A DNA stretch of 42,506 nt from Octopus sinensis (GCF_006345805.1 NW_021835054.1:1-42506); one strand, 5' to 3'. Shown: positions 1 through 11,573, counted from the first letter of the stretch. Notes: a model not told the origin generated them from the letters alone. Made by a program: numbers and translations.

Positions 1-220
1 AACCACACACACACACAAAAAATACACAAATATGTTGTGTATGTGCGTTATCATTCTGTTTTGCGGTGGTCATCCCATCGATTTGGCAACAGGTGTTGTC
101 TTGGTTTACATTCGCAAAACTTAGCAGTCTTCGAGGCGGTGGTCCAGCATGGCCCATAGTGCATTGACATTGAAAGAAGCAAAAGAGTTATATATATATA
201 AATTGCGTTTTAGTTCAACT

Positions 221-274
<54 letters not shown>

Positions 275-479
275 TAATGGCTGCAAGCTCGTGTTCAGGT
301 GTTGCCATCGCCTGATTGAAGGTCCCACACACACGAAGGCTGCGACCAAACATTTTTGTGATGGGCCTTACTGTTTTTTTTTAAGTGATGCCCTTGCAAG
401 ATGATATTTTATGGTGAAGAAGAGAGACAACATAAATAGAAAAGGAAGATCTAGTCTACGTCATCGAATATTATCAGTG

Positions 480-597
480 TCGCAGGTATTCTCTCGGAGT
501 TTCCCTCTCCAAGATAACAACCGAGGGCTTTCGCACTCCTAGTGGGGCAAACCGCGAGCCTGGACACCAACCAGGTATTTCCACTTCCCCGCCGAAC
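480..597 (-). mobile_element. Decayed dispersed repeat, RTE-LINE 5'UTR-like (copy 1; copy 2 at 34967-35085)
   Basis: Reverse complement gaaatacctggttggtgtccaggc...ccactaggagtgcgaaagccc...gagagggaaactccgaga aligns by eye with 34967-35085. The GGAGA(R)GGAAACTC motif resembles RTE 5'UTRs; family assignment is inference. Confidence 0.4.
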
Positions 598-1057
598 ATA
601 CACACTTACACATATCGTTCGATGGCTGCTGACTGCTCATGACCTCTTCTGCCCTTTGATAGGTCTTATTTTTCGTCCTGCAGGGTGTCCAGTAATTACC
701 CTCCTCCTCCTCATCAAGTAAGCTTGATGGTGTTTACAGTTTAGTCGCCGACGACCCGACCATGCAACATGTATGAATGAAAGAAACGAGCATTCATGTA
801 ATCTCGATGAGTAAACGGATTCTGTGATGAAAGTAAACAACAGAGGTTACACTGTAGAACGAACCGAAGAGAGTGTCTTGGCGCTAGAGGAAAACACACA
901 CGCGCATATGCATGCACACACAGAAAAACATACATACAGCTAGAGTGAAGGATAGAGAGATTACAATTATTAATTGAATAATATTATTGACATAAACACT
1001 TTTGCTCTCCTTAAACTCATAAAGATACCTATGATAACACAATATAAACAGATAGAC

Positions 1058-1091
<34 letters not shown>

Positions 1092-1314
1092 TCGAGAGAT
1101 AGCTAGATAGACAGATAGAGAGAGAGAGATTGAGAAGGGAGAGAGATAGAGGGGAGAGAGAAGGGGGAGAAGAGAGACAGTGTATGTGAGAGACAGAGAG
1201 GTAGATAGGTGGGGATATGCATATATATATATATATACCATACATACATACATAAATAATAACATATATAATATATATAATATATATATATATATATATA
1301 AACTTACTGGAGGA

Positions 1315-1351
<37 letters not shown>

Positions 1352-1398
1352 GGAGAGAAGTAAGGAGGGAGATAACAAGAGAAATATTAAAATGTCTG

Positions 1399-1495
1399 AT
1401 GTCAAATAAATTAGTATCGAATCAGCGACGCGAAACAGACGGCACCAAATAGTTTGCGCCAAATAGGTGGCGCCAAACGAGTACGGCAAAATGTT
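1399..1495. repeat. Short 14-bp-period tandem array (GGCGCCAAA-like core)
   Basis: Units start at 1427 gacgcgaaacagac, 1441 ggcaccaaatagtt, 1455 tgcgccaaataggt, 1469 ggcgccaaacgagt and 1483 acggcaaaatgtt, with weaker units upstream. Confidence 0.7.
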
Positions 1496-1714
1496 TCAAG
1501 ACCTTACAAATATTTTTCGCGTCCCCAGTTTACCTCTGTAACAATAGAAACTTACTAGCGATACGTTTTTAGTTCAAAATTTAATACTTGACAATATCAC
1601 GTATACATAAGATGGTAACCCCCTAGCAAGAAACTGATGCCCACGCCTCACTCTGGGATTGTAGGTCTGCCAACTTCATGGCGACCTCGATATTACTGGT
1701 GGCACGACAAAAGT

Positions 1715-2830
1715 GCCATACACTACAGTATTACACAGGAAACTAAGGACAGAACATTACTCTCGACTTCGCGATGATACTCTGCAATACTTTAGTGCCT
1801 TATTACCCTGTATTCCGAGAATTCCTAGAAATGTATTACACTACGGCATACTTCACTGCTATACAATACACTGTAATACACAACATTATAATAAACGATA
1901 TTACAATACTTGTACACTAGATTAAACTATAATATTTTGTTATATACTGTAATACTCTGTAATACACTACAGAATAACAAACAGACCAACGATACAATAC
2001 AAGCGTGAACAGTGTAACATAGTACATAACAGTTAACGGTTTTGCACTTCATTATAGTAGATTGTACTATAATATACTGTACTACTCTGTAATACACTAC
2101 ATTACAATTAAAGATATTGCGCTACAGTATGCTAGAGTACGCTACGTATAAGTTGTAATACCCTGTTATACATTACATTACAACAAACAGTATTTCTCTA
2201 CAGTCCGCTAAAATACACTTCAATATACTGTCATACAATGGAACATGGTGTAATACACTTACATTGCAGCAAACGACATCACATTACACACATTTGAGAA
2301 TACCATAATACACTGTAATATATTGCGTTTCAACAAATGGTATTACACTACAATATACTAGAGTAGGGAGGCACATAGCCTAGTGGTTAGAGCAGCAGAT
2401 ACGTTAGAGCAGTTCGAATCTTAGACAGGGCGGTGTGTGTGTTTATGAGCGAAACACCTCAGCTCCACGCGGCTTCAGCAGAAGGTAATGGCGAACTTCT
2501 TCTGACTCTTTCGCCACAATTTTCTCTCACTCTTTCCTCCTGCATCTTGCAGCTCACCTGCGACGGACCGGCGTCCCGTCCAGGTGGGGAAACCGGCCAA
2601 GGAAACCGGGAAACCGGCCTTTATGAGCCAAGCATGGCTCGAGGAGGAACACAAACATACACACACATATACTAGAGTAGATAAAGAGTTTACTGAAATG
2701 CAATGTAATTCACAACAGTATAATAAACGACATTACACTACCATACACCATAAATTACTGTAATACGTAGAATAGCTTTAATCATACACGATAATAAGCT
2801 AAAATACCATTCACTTCTCCACACTATGAT
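1715..2830. repeat. Old degenerate minisatellite built from TACAC/TACTG/TAATA pentamers, interrupted by a SINE
   Basis: Recurring actgtaatacactacattacaacaaacgatattac-like motifs, e.g. tactctgtaatacactac near 1953 and 2083. Confidence 0.7.
2367..2666 (+). mobile_element. tRNA-derived SINE (family C) with 14-bp TSD
   Basis: A-box-like tagcctagtggt, B-box gttcgaatc, central ctgcgacggaccggcgtcccgtccagg and a CA-rich tail. Perfect TSD atatactagagtag at 2353-2366 and 2667-2680. Confidence 0.85.
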
Positions 2831-3073
2831 AATAATAATAATAACAGAAATTGGGGTTGGCGCTGAGCATTTGGTTTTGCTCTATATTCTGAGTGCAAAT
2901 ACTCTTATCATTCAAGACTGATAAGTTCTAATGAAGTTTATACTTTTGCTTAAATCATCTATACATTCCATGCGCAAAATAATTACAGTTATGCCCATAT
3001 GAACAACAACAATTGAATAAAACAACATATGAACAAAAAAAAATCATTGTTTTTGTTGGTAGGTTCTCTAGAA

Positions 3074-3368
3074 CAGTGCTTCTCAAACTATCTGAAGTGG
3101 TGTATCAGCAGTTTTTTTTCCACTATGCCAAGGGCCAGTAATATTTCTTAGTAATATTAATTTATACCGGACACAAAATATATAATGAATAAAATAAAAG
3201 TTTGACCATTTTTTTCTCTATCTTATATTTATTTCGTAAACAAATATTTCATAAGAATTTTATAAGCATTTTCTAATATTTCTTTCTTTTCTGGAAACTG
3301 GTCGCATACAGGCAGCTGATGGCTCGCGGACCGCCACCGATCCGGGACCACCACTTTGAGTAACACTG
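3074..3368. mobile_element. Non-autonomous hAT (Charlie/Buster-type) MITE, 295 bp
   Basis: TIRs cagtgcttctcaaa / tttgagtaacactg. The 8-bp TSD ctctagaa (3066-3073) / ctctagag (3369-3376) fits the nTCTAGAn target typical of Charlie-type hATs. Confidence 0.88.
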
Positions 3369-3694
3369 CTCTAGAGGTGTTAATCGGCTTCGTGTGTATG
3401 CTTCAGGGGAGAGAACACTAGTTTAAAAAATAACTAAAACTTAAAGAGTTGTTTCCCTTGTATCCTCAGTAATTCAAGAAAGATAACTCTTCAAAGTAAA
3501 TATATTCTGTTGCTATTCTAAATTCGTTTTCATATTAAGACAATCGAAATTTCGTTTATATTTCTGGTCGAAGCTTCCTCAGATAACATACAAAATTAAA
3601 TCTCCTGAACGCATTCTGTTTTACTTACTTTCAAAAACAAGTCTATCGGCGCAAACGTGACTGAGTCGTAAAGATGCACGTTTTGCAACCTCGT

Positions 3695-3823
3695 GTTTTC
3701 TACTATTTTTTTTGACCGACCAAAGCCTCGTGAGTAAATAAGGTAGATGGAAACTGAAAGGCCATCCTATATATCCGTGTGTGTGTGTGTATCTGTGTGT
3801 GTTCCCACCACCGCTTGACAACT

Positions 3824-3871
<48 letters not shown>

Positions 3872-3920
3872 TATATATGTACGAGTGTGTATATGTTTGT
3901 GTGTCTGTGTTTGTGTCCCA
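3695..3920 (+). mobile_element. Partial SINE family A (middle part)
   Basis: ccgaccaaagcctcgtgagt...ggtagatggaaactgaaag...gtgttcccaccaccgcttgacaac matches the full copies. Confidence 0.75.
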
Positions 3921-3930
3921 AATCCTGTAA

Positions 3931-4144
3931 TACTCTTTTACTCTTTTACTTGTTCAGTCATTTGACTGAGGCCATGCTGGAGCTCCACCTTTAGTCGAGA
4001 AAATCGACCCCAGGACTTATTCTTTGGAAGCCTAGTACCTATTCTATCGGTCTGTTTTGCCGAACCGCTAAGTTACGGAGACGTAAACACACCAGCATCG
4101 GTTGTCAAGCAATGTTGGGGGACAAACACAGACACAGACAGACA

Positions 4145-4190
<46 letters not shown>

Positions 4191-4207
4191 ACACACACAT
4201 ATATATA

Positions 4208-4238
<31 letters not shown>

Positions 4239-4402
4239 CGACGGGCTTCTTTCAGTTTCCGTCTACCAAATCCGCTCACAAGGCTTTGGTCGGGCCGAGG
4301 CTATAGTAGAAAACACTTGGCCAAGGTATCACGCAGTGGGACTGAACCCGGAACCATGTGGTTGGTAAGCAAGCTACTTACCACACAGCCACCCCTGCGC
4401 CT
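3931..4402 (-). mobile_element. Full-length SINE family A (tRNA head, CORE-like accttgggcaagtgtctt domain, internal (TA)n(TG)n, AGTAAAAG tail; octopus OR-type)
   Basis: Reverse complement begins aggcgcaggggtggctgtgtggtaag...gggttcagtccc and ends ...aagtaaaagagtaaaagagta. Near-identical to 12048-12447 and 34397-34817. Confidence 0.92.
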
Positions 4403-4639
4403 ACAGTATGAGAAATAATAGATAATGAGAATTAGATAAAAGATTTTTGGTGTATGCTGGATGGCGTTAATTGAACCAGTGACTTTGTTACAGTGATCAA
4501 AGACGTTTTGGAGGCTTAGAGTGTGCTCATATGTTAGAGAGATAGGTACAGAGAAGAAAGAGAATTTGAAAGAAATGTCGTTTTGTGTGTGTGTGGAAGT
4601 AAAATAAGGAATCCACAGTTTTAGTGAGTTTATTTTTAA

Positions 4640-5078
4640 CTAGCAGCATAGTCCGGCATTGCCCGGGTATGTAAGAGCCCCTAGTAGGCAACGGCTAATC
4701 CCAATCGGGTCCTTTCTCTCTAGGGAACGAAGGCGCATGTGTAGGTTGCAATGTCTTCTCTTCACTCGAATACTTCTGTGTATACGATGTTCCTAGCTGT
4801 CCCTTTGGGTGATAAAAATGTCGAGTTGTGTCCCCTAGACAGAAAATGTGTTGCATATAAAAAGCTTAGATTCTCGACCCCATGTCGAATTTATCGATTT
4901 TTTCAGAACTGGGGGAACTTTTCAAAATTTTCGCTGCGTCAGTTTTGAATTATGACATTGGGCTATATGTGTGTCAAGTTTCATCAGAATCGGTTGAAAG
5001 CCGTGGTCAGGGTGAGGGTACAACCTGACAGACACACAGACACACAGACAGAAAAACTGCCGTTTATATATAGAGAGA
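4640..5078 (-). mobile_element. Non-autonomous Helitron
   Basis: Minus strand starts A|TCTCTCTATATATAAA, then a (CTGT/GTGT) microsatellite, and ends with hairpin cccgggcaatgccgg followed by CTAG|T. Inserted at an AT site with no TSD. Confidence 0.85.
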
Positions 5079-5104
5079 TAACGCTATACATCCATCTTGG
5101 TTCA

Positions 5105-5320
5105 GGAAATGTTGGTAAGTGTACTCGGGAATAACTGCATAACAGACCGTTAAATGACGAGACCAGAGAGTTCTCTTGGGAGGTTTGAAAATTTGATCCA
5201 GTCGAAAAGATTGAAACGGAAGGTAATAAAGAAGCTCAGCGCTTTTGGAAAGCCAGTATGTTGATGAAAGGTTTCGGTATCCTTGAGTACTACCGCAAAG
5301 ATAAACTGGATTATGTGGTC
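5105..5320 (+). pseudogene. Possible very old R4/Dong-like RT-thumb remnant
   Basis: Frame-broken reading RL(N)GR..EA.SAF.KPV.LMKGFGILEY...LD resembles the KLNGRNKI.AIN.(W/F)A.PVL.Y.FGI..W motif of this clade; an (AAT)n array follows at 5386. Confidence 0.3.
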
Positions 5321-5385
5321 CTAGGATGGTCAGTGAGAGGAATATATTGGGATCTAATCTGCTTAATCAGTATTTAACTGGATTA

Positions 5386-5397
5386 AACAACAACAAC

Positions 5398-5465
<68 letters not shown>

Positions 5466-5475
5466 CAACAACAAC

Positions 5476-5535
<60 letters not shown>
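5386..5535. repeat. (AAT)n/(AAC)n microsatellite
   Basis: Directly visible; explains the poly-N and poly-I ORFs. Confidence 0.97.
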
Positions 5536-5545
<10 letters not shown>

Positions 5546-6166
5546 GACAATTTTAAAAGCTGGTTAAGTGGACACAATCGATGTAAACGAAGAAATGGAA
5601 GGACAACTAGTGATGTGAAAAATTTCATGAACGATAGACACTGCACATTATCGCTTAGAGAATTATGTTCTTATACATAGAAAAACAGTTGGCTTAACGA
5701 ATTTCGAAATTTGTGACAACATTTTGTGTCTTACATGGAGAAGGTATTTGTAAAGAACACAGAAGCCCGAATCAAGGTTTAAAACTGACTACCAAGTACT
5801 TTTAGGTCAGTGTGGTCGCGTTTCACATAGGATATCTTCAACTGTCAAAGCGTACCACACAAGAACTGGCGTTGGAAAATGCAATTTCGATCACTACGCT
5901 ATTCTTTAGAAGAATCAATATTCTTTATTGAATTTTGACAGAGATATTGAAACTCGAATCGGTGGCAGGTTAGCAACAAGAAGGAGCTGTTGTTTAGCCC
6001 TAGGTAAATCTAACCGAGCAGTAATGTAATCAACGACGTTCTACCGATGACCATCACGTTGAATTTTCAGACAAAGCATCGCTGGTTAAGACAACAAGGC
6101 GTGATTTAATGAAGATTTGGTTGTTATTTTTGGAGGCCGAGAACCACGTAGATACTTCTTTGTTTT

Positions 6167-6398
6167 AAGGCGGCGAGCTGCAGAAACGTTAGCACGACGG
6201 GCGAAATGCTTAGCGGTATTTCGTCTACCGCTACGTTCTGAGTTCAAATTCCGCCGAGGTCGACTTTGCCTTTCATCCTTTCGGGGTCGATTAAATAAGT
6301 ACCAGTTACGCACCGGGGCCGATCTAATCGGCTTAATCCGTGTGTCTGTCCTTGTTTGTCCCCTCTGTGTGTAGCCCCTTGTGGGCAGTAAAGAAATA
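6167..6398 (+). mobile_element. SINE family B monomer (tRNA head + Meta-domain-like gcctttcatcctttcggggtcgat..aagtaccag)
   Basis: aaggcggcgagctg...gagttcaaattcc (B box)...aaagaaata. 14-bp TSD atacttctttgttt (6152-6165) / atacttctgtgttt (6401-6414), 1 mismatch. Confidence 0.9.
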
Positions 6399-6511
6399 AC
6401 ATACTTCTGTGTTTGGTTGGGTTTAAGAGTTGTAAAGTATCAAATTGTTGCTGCAGGGCAGAGGAAACTGTAGACAAATGGTTGTCGCTTAAGATGGGAT
6501 GGATCCTCATA

Positions 6512-6533
6512 GATGATGATGATGAGGAGGATG

Positions 6534-6567
<34 letters not shown>

Positions 6568-6687
6568 CGACGACGACGATGATGACGATGACGATGATGA
6601 TGATGATGATGATGACGATGACGACGACGACGATGATGAAGATGATGATGATGATAATGATGATGAAGATGATGATGATGATGATGA

Positions 6688-6720
<33 letters not shown>

Positions 6721-6777
6721 GATGATGATGATGATGATGATGACGATGATGATGACGACGACGACGACGATGATGAA

Positions 6778-6812
<35 letters not shown>

Positions 6813-6837
6813 CGACGACGACGACGACGATGATGAA

Positions 6838-6881
<44 letters not shown>

Positions 6882-7147
6882 CAAAGCTGATGATGACGAT
6901 GACGATGACGATGATGAAGATGATGATGATGATGATGATATTGATGATGAGGATGATGACGACGACGACGATGACGATGATGAAGATGATGATGATGATG
7001 ACAAAGCTGATGATGACGATGACGATGATCATGATCATGATGATGATGACGATGATGATGATGATGACAAAGCTGATGATGACGATGACGATGATGATGA
7101 TCATGATGATGATGATGATGATGACGACGACGACGATGATGATGATA
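6512..7147. repeat. Compound (GAT)n/(GAC)n microsatellite with higher-order duplications
   Basis: The marker acaaagctgatgatgacgatgacgatga recurs at about 6881, 7001 and 7067. Confidence 0.95.
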
Positions 7148-7454
7148 GCAAAGACGATAATTTTTTAGAGAAGGGTGAAGAGAAGTACTGAAACATTGTA
7201 AGCAATTCGTAATAATTTCTTGTATGTGATGTGTGGACAAGTAAATTTAAAGATTGATATAAACGTTGATAACAAGATACAGAAGAGAGGGACAGGGTGG
7301 CTGATAGATGATAATAAATTAGATAGGTACACACACGGAAAAAGGTCTCTCTCTCTCTCTCTCTCTCTCTTGCTCATTCGCTTACTCTCTCTCACTAACA
7401 AACACAAAGACACATACATGTAACTCTGAATGTACCTATGTATACAGCCTAAGT

Positions 7455-7506
7455 CGTATGAATATATATACATATACACACGTATATGTACATACATACA
7501 TTATCA

Positions 7507-7555
<49 letters not shown>

Positions 7556-7682
7556 TGAATATATATATAACATATATGTATGTATATATATATATATATA
7601 TAATATATATATATATATATGCATACATATATATATATATGTATATATATAATATATATATATATCTATATATATATATATA

Positions 7683-7735
<53 letters not shown>

Positions 7736-7783
7736 ATATATATATTATATATGAATGTATACGCCAGCACATAGACATGTACA

Positions 7784-7817
<34 letters not shown>
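7455..7817. repeat. Long imperfect (TA)n microsatellite
   Basis: Directly visible; source of the YIYIYI ORFs. Confidence 0.95.
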
Positions 7818-7820
<3 letters not shown>

Positions 7821-8066
7821 AAGCGTTAATCGAGTACACAGCGTAATATGAAATTAAGAAAGATGATTGAAAGCATGATACAGAGGTAATTTAACATACT
7901 GCCTTAGGTACATGTGTGAGTCCTCGCGTATGTGTGTGTGCGCGAATGTCATTCATATATGCATACACACATACATACATACATACATACGTACATAGTA
8001 CATACATACATACATACATACGTACATACATACGTACATACATACATACATACATACCTATAAACT

Positions 8067-8101
<35 letters not shown>

Positions 8102-8252
8102 CATAGGTTCAAATAGGAAGACAATATATTTATTTCAATGCATAAATTCTGATAAAACAGCAGAGACAGGATAATTTCACAGTAACCAGCGATGAGACAC
8201 GAACTCACATCCCATTGATTACCGGTCAAGTACTTTATATATATATATATAT

Positions 8253-8634
8253 ACTTACTTTACTTTTACTTTTACTTGTTTCAGTCATTTGACTGCGGCC
8301 ATGCTGGAGCACCGCCTTTAGTCGAGCAAGTCGACCCCGGGACTTATTCTTTGCAAGCCCAGTACTTATTCTATCAGTCTCTTTTGCCGAACCGCTAAGT
8401 GACGGGGACGTAAACACACCAGCATCGGTCGTCAAGCAATGCTAGTGGGACAAACACACACATATATATATATATACGACAGGCTTCTTTCAGTTTCCGT
8501 CTACCAAATCCACTCACAAGGCATTGGTCGGCCCGGGGCTATAGCAGAAGACACTTGCCCAAGATGCCACGCAGTGGGACTGAACCCGGAACCATGTGGT
8601 TGGTAAGCAAGCTACTTACCACACAGCCACTCCT
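8253..8634 (-). mobile_element. SINE family A, near full-length, inside (TA)n
   Basis: Colinear with 3931-4402; flanked by TA repeats on both sides. Confidence 0.92.
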
Positions 8635-8644
8635 ATATATATAT

Positions 8645-9031
8645 TCTGTTACTCTTTTATTCTGTTGTTTCAGTCATTTGATTATAGTCAAGATTGAGCA
8701 CCGCCTTACTAGGATTTAGTCGATCAAATCTACCTCAGGACTTAATTCTTAAGCCTAGCAGTTACTGTAGCGGTCTCTTTTGTCAAACCGCTAGGTTACG
8801 GTGGATGTAAACACACCAATACCGGTTGTAAAGCGGTGATGGTGGAGACAAACACACACACACACACAAATTTAAAGGGTTTTCCTCACTTTCCGTCTAC
8901 TAACTTCTTTCACAAAGATTTGGTCGGTCCGAGGCAATAGTAGAAGACACTTGGTCAATGTGCCACGCAGTGGGACCTGATCCTGGAACAATGTGTTTAG
9001 GAAGCAAACCTCTTACGACACAGCCACGCCT

Positions 9032-9032
<1 letters not shown>
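8645..9032 (-). mobile_element. SINE family A, older diverged copy
   Basis: Colinear with the adjacent copy but with many substitutions. Confidence 0.85.
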
Positions 9033-9061
<29 letters not shown>

Positions 9062-9062
<1 letters not shown>

Positions 9063-9189
9063 CAGCTACAAACTCTCTCTTAGATCAGTGGCCAGCCACG
9101 GCAAACTGGACTTAGAGAGGGTAGCAACAAGGGCGGTGCCCCAGCATGGCCTCAGCCGGATGGCTGAAACAAGTAAAAGAGTAAAAGTG

Positions 9190-9190
<1 letters not shown>
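9062..9190 (+). mobile_element. 3' terminal fragment of a CR1-like LINE sharing its tail with SINE family A
   Basis: Frame from 9062 reads TATNSLLDQWPATANWT*, like the NSLLDQ end of invertebrate CR1 ORF2. It is followed by ggcggtgccccagcatggcc...ctgaaacaagtaaaagagtaaaag, the SINE A tail. Confidence 0.6.
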
Positions 9191-9224
<34 letters not shown>

Positions 9225-9313
9225 ATATATATATATATATATATTGCATTATTTTTTAACCAGAACAAAATTGACTTTGATTTAGAAGTTTAGGCCAGCA
9301 AAGTCATCATCGA

Positions 9314-9358
9314 ACAGTCTGATGAGGGTTTAGCTGACCGAAATTTCGAAGTCACTAT
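9314..9358 (+). ncRNA. Minimal type-I hammerhead ribozyme motif (Penelope/retrozyme type)
   Basis: Stem I acagt/actat; core CTGATGA 9319-9325; stem II ggtt-tagct-gacc; GAAA 9340-9343; near-palindromic stem III ATTTCGAAGT; GUC cleavage triplet 9351-9353. Confidence 0.75.
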
Positions 9359-10019
9359 CAATACTCTTCTTTATAAAGTATAATAAATTTGTACTTGACA
9401 AAAGTATTGAGTTACCCTTAGGATTACTGTAAAGTTGTTTTTATAATAACTGAACATAAACACACACACACACACACACATACACACACACACACATACA
9501 CATACACACACACACACATACACACCACACACGCACACACACATACGCGTGCGCGCACACACTCACCTGTTATCAACATACAAGTACAACGCGCATAAAT
9601 AAAATCAAAGATGGCTGAGTCTCGCCTTTCTTATCGAAACACATGTCATAAATGCAGAAAGATCTGCTTCAATGTTGCCGTTTTATCTAATACTAGTGTT
9701 AGATATCCAACACTGCATATATATATATGTGGTGATTGAGAGAATGAAAGGGTAGGATAAGGGTGACCACACAGCAAAAGAGAGCAAAGGTGTTTAATAA
9801 AACCCAGTATCGTGCAAAGAGAAGACAGATGGCATTACATTGTATATGTTTATGTATGTGTATATATGAGTACGTGCCTCTGTACGTTTGCATATATGAT
9901 AATACATTTGCAAATATAAATATATATACACATACACACACACACACACACACTGACACACATACACACATATATATGTATATGCACACATATGTATACC
10001 TACAAACACATGTGTATGC

Positions 10020-10167
10020 GTATATATATATATATATATATATGTGCATGCAATACGTACGTACATTTATATATATATATATATGCAGACACGTATATAT
10101 ATATACATATATGTATGTGTGTGTGTATGCATATGTATATGTATGTATGTATCTATATATATATATG

Positions 10168-10223
<56 letters not shown>

Positions 10224-10231
10224 ATATATAC

Positions 10232-10292
<61 letters not shown>
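10020..10292. repeat. (TA)n/(TG)n compound microsatellite
   Basis: Directly visible. Confidence 0.95.
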
Positions 10293-10297
<5 letters not shown>

Positions 10298-10525
10298 ACA
10301 GATATGCCTCAAACGTCTAGCGGACGAAACACGCCTCCAAACTGTGGAGAGCAAAGAGCAGTAATAAAGTGACAGAAGCAATTTAATGGAAACTTGCCAT
10401 TTCAAGGGTGGGCAGTAAGTGAGGCTTGAAGCACTGACACTGTTGCTTTGCCAACATGTGAACTTTAACTTCACACTCTTGTCGTTGTCATCGTCATCAT
10501 CAAAAGACACACATACACACACAAG

Positions 10526-10559
<34 letters not shown>

Positions 10560-11156
10560 ATAAAAATGGTAAGAACATATGTATATATGTATCTATAGAG
10601 ACAACATTACAGAGTTGTGCATATACATACACACACACACACACACACCATATATATAATATATATATTATATATATAATATATATATATGTATGTATAT
10701 ATGTATGTGGCTATGAGTATATGTGTATGTTCTCGGCTATGCACTTAATTACATTCGTGAAAAAAAAAAATGATAATAATAATAATAATAATAATATATT
10801 TAAGAAGAAATATGTACGAATTTATGTGAATAGAAACACCAATTTAAATACATTTCTACGTGTCTGTATCACTCTGGAAACACTTTTTTTCCTCTTATTT
10901 TCTTCTATTTTTAACACCACACCAATTATATACGAATATATCTATATACAACTACCACACACGCACACACGTACACGCATACACGTACACGCATACACGT
11001 ACACGCATACACGTACACGCATACACACACCACACAGCACAGATACATTCGTGTATATACACACACATACATACATATATACATACATACATACATACAT
11101 ACACACACACATACACACACATATATATATATTATATATAATATATATCATATATA

Positions 11157-11196
<40 letters not shown>

Positions 11197-11204
<8 letters not shown>

Positions 11205-11490
11205 GTTGTATACTGTCAATCTAACAAGAACGTGACAGTAGGGGGTACACCACCGTTGCATAGCCCTAGGGGGCATCGAACGTCTCCTGACAGCTTCGAC
11301 ACATTTTTCCCCTGTGTCCTTATATACATATACGAAGGGGAGACAAACACTCCCGGCCGTCGGAACTGGACACAGGGAAAAAATGTGTCGAAGCTGTCAG
11401 GAGGCGTTCGATGCCTCCTAGGGCTATACAACGGTGGCGTCCCCCCTACTGTCACGTTCTTGTTAGATTGACAGTATACAACCATTCTAT
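11197..11490. mobile_element. Palindromic MITE-like element (123-bp inverted arms, 48-bp spacer)
   Basis: 11197-11319 is the reverse complement of 11368-11490 with few mismatches; termini atagaatggttgtatactgtc...gacagtatacaaccattctat. Confidence 0.88.
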
Positions 11491-11542
11491 CGCCCCACCA
11501 CCGTACATGTCTCTACGAGAGATTTAGAAATTCGATATTTCT

Positions 11543-11573
<31 letters not shown>

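Noticed and set aside
2367-2445. tRNA gene (also the heads of SINE A and B)
   Set aside because: A and B boxes are present, but there is no complete cloverleaf and each continues into a SINE body with a tail or TSD.
1399-2830. Spaced repeats as a CRISPR-like array
   Set aside because: Units are degenerate, with no constant repeat plus unique spacer pattern, no cas genes, and a eukaryotic context.
6244-7240. Long ORFs of 165-286 aa (poly-D/M, poly-H, poly-I, poly-S)
   Set aside because: They are stop-free readings of the (GAT)n array on both strands, with no complex sequence or splice evidence.
9561-9569. Perfect minus-strand splice donor CAG|GTGAGT
   Set aside because: No convincing upstream acceptor or coding frame; a single 9-mer is not enough evidence.
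9699-11200. Many overlapping [12 protein letters not shown] ORFs here and throughout the window
   Set aside because: Translations of TA, CA, TATG and TATC microsatellites.
11202-11485. Twin 89-aa ORFs on opposite strands starting MVVYCQSNKN
   Set aside because: A consequence of the palindrome, not a sense/antisense gene pair or toxin-antitoxin system.
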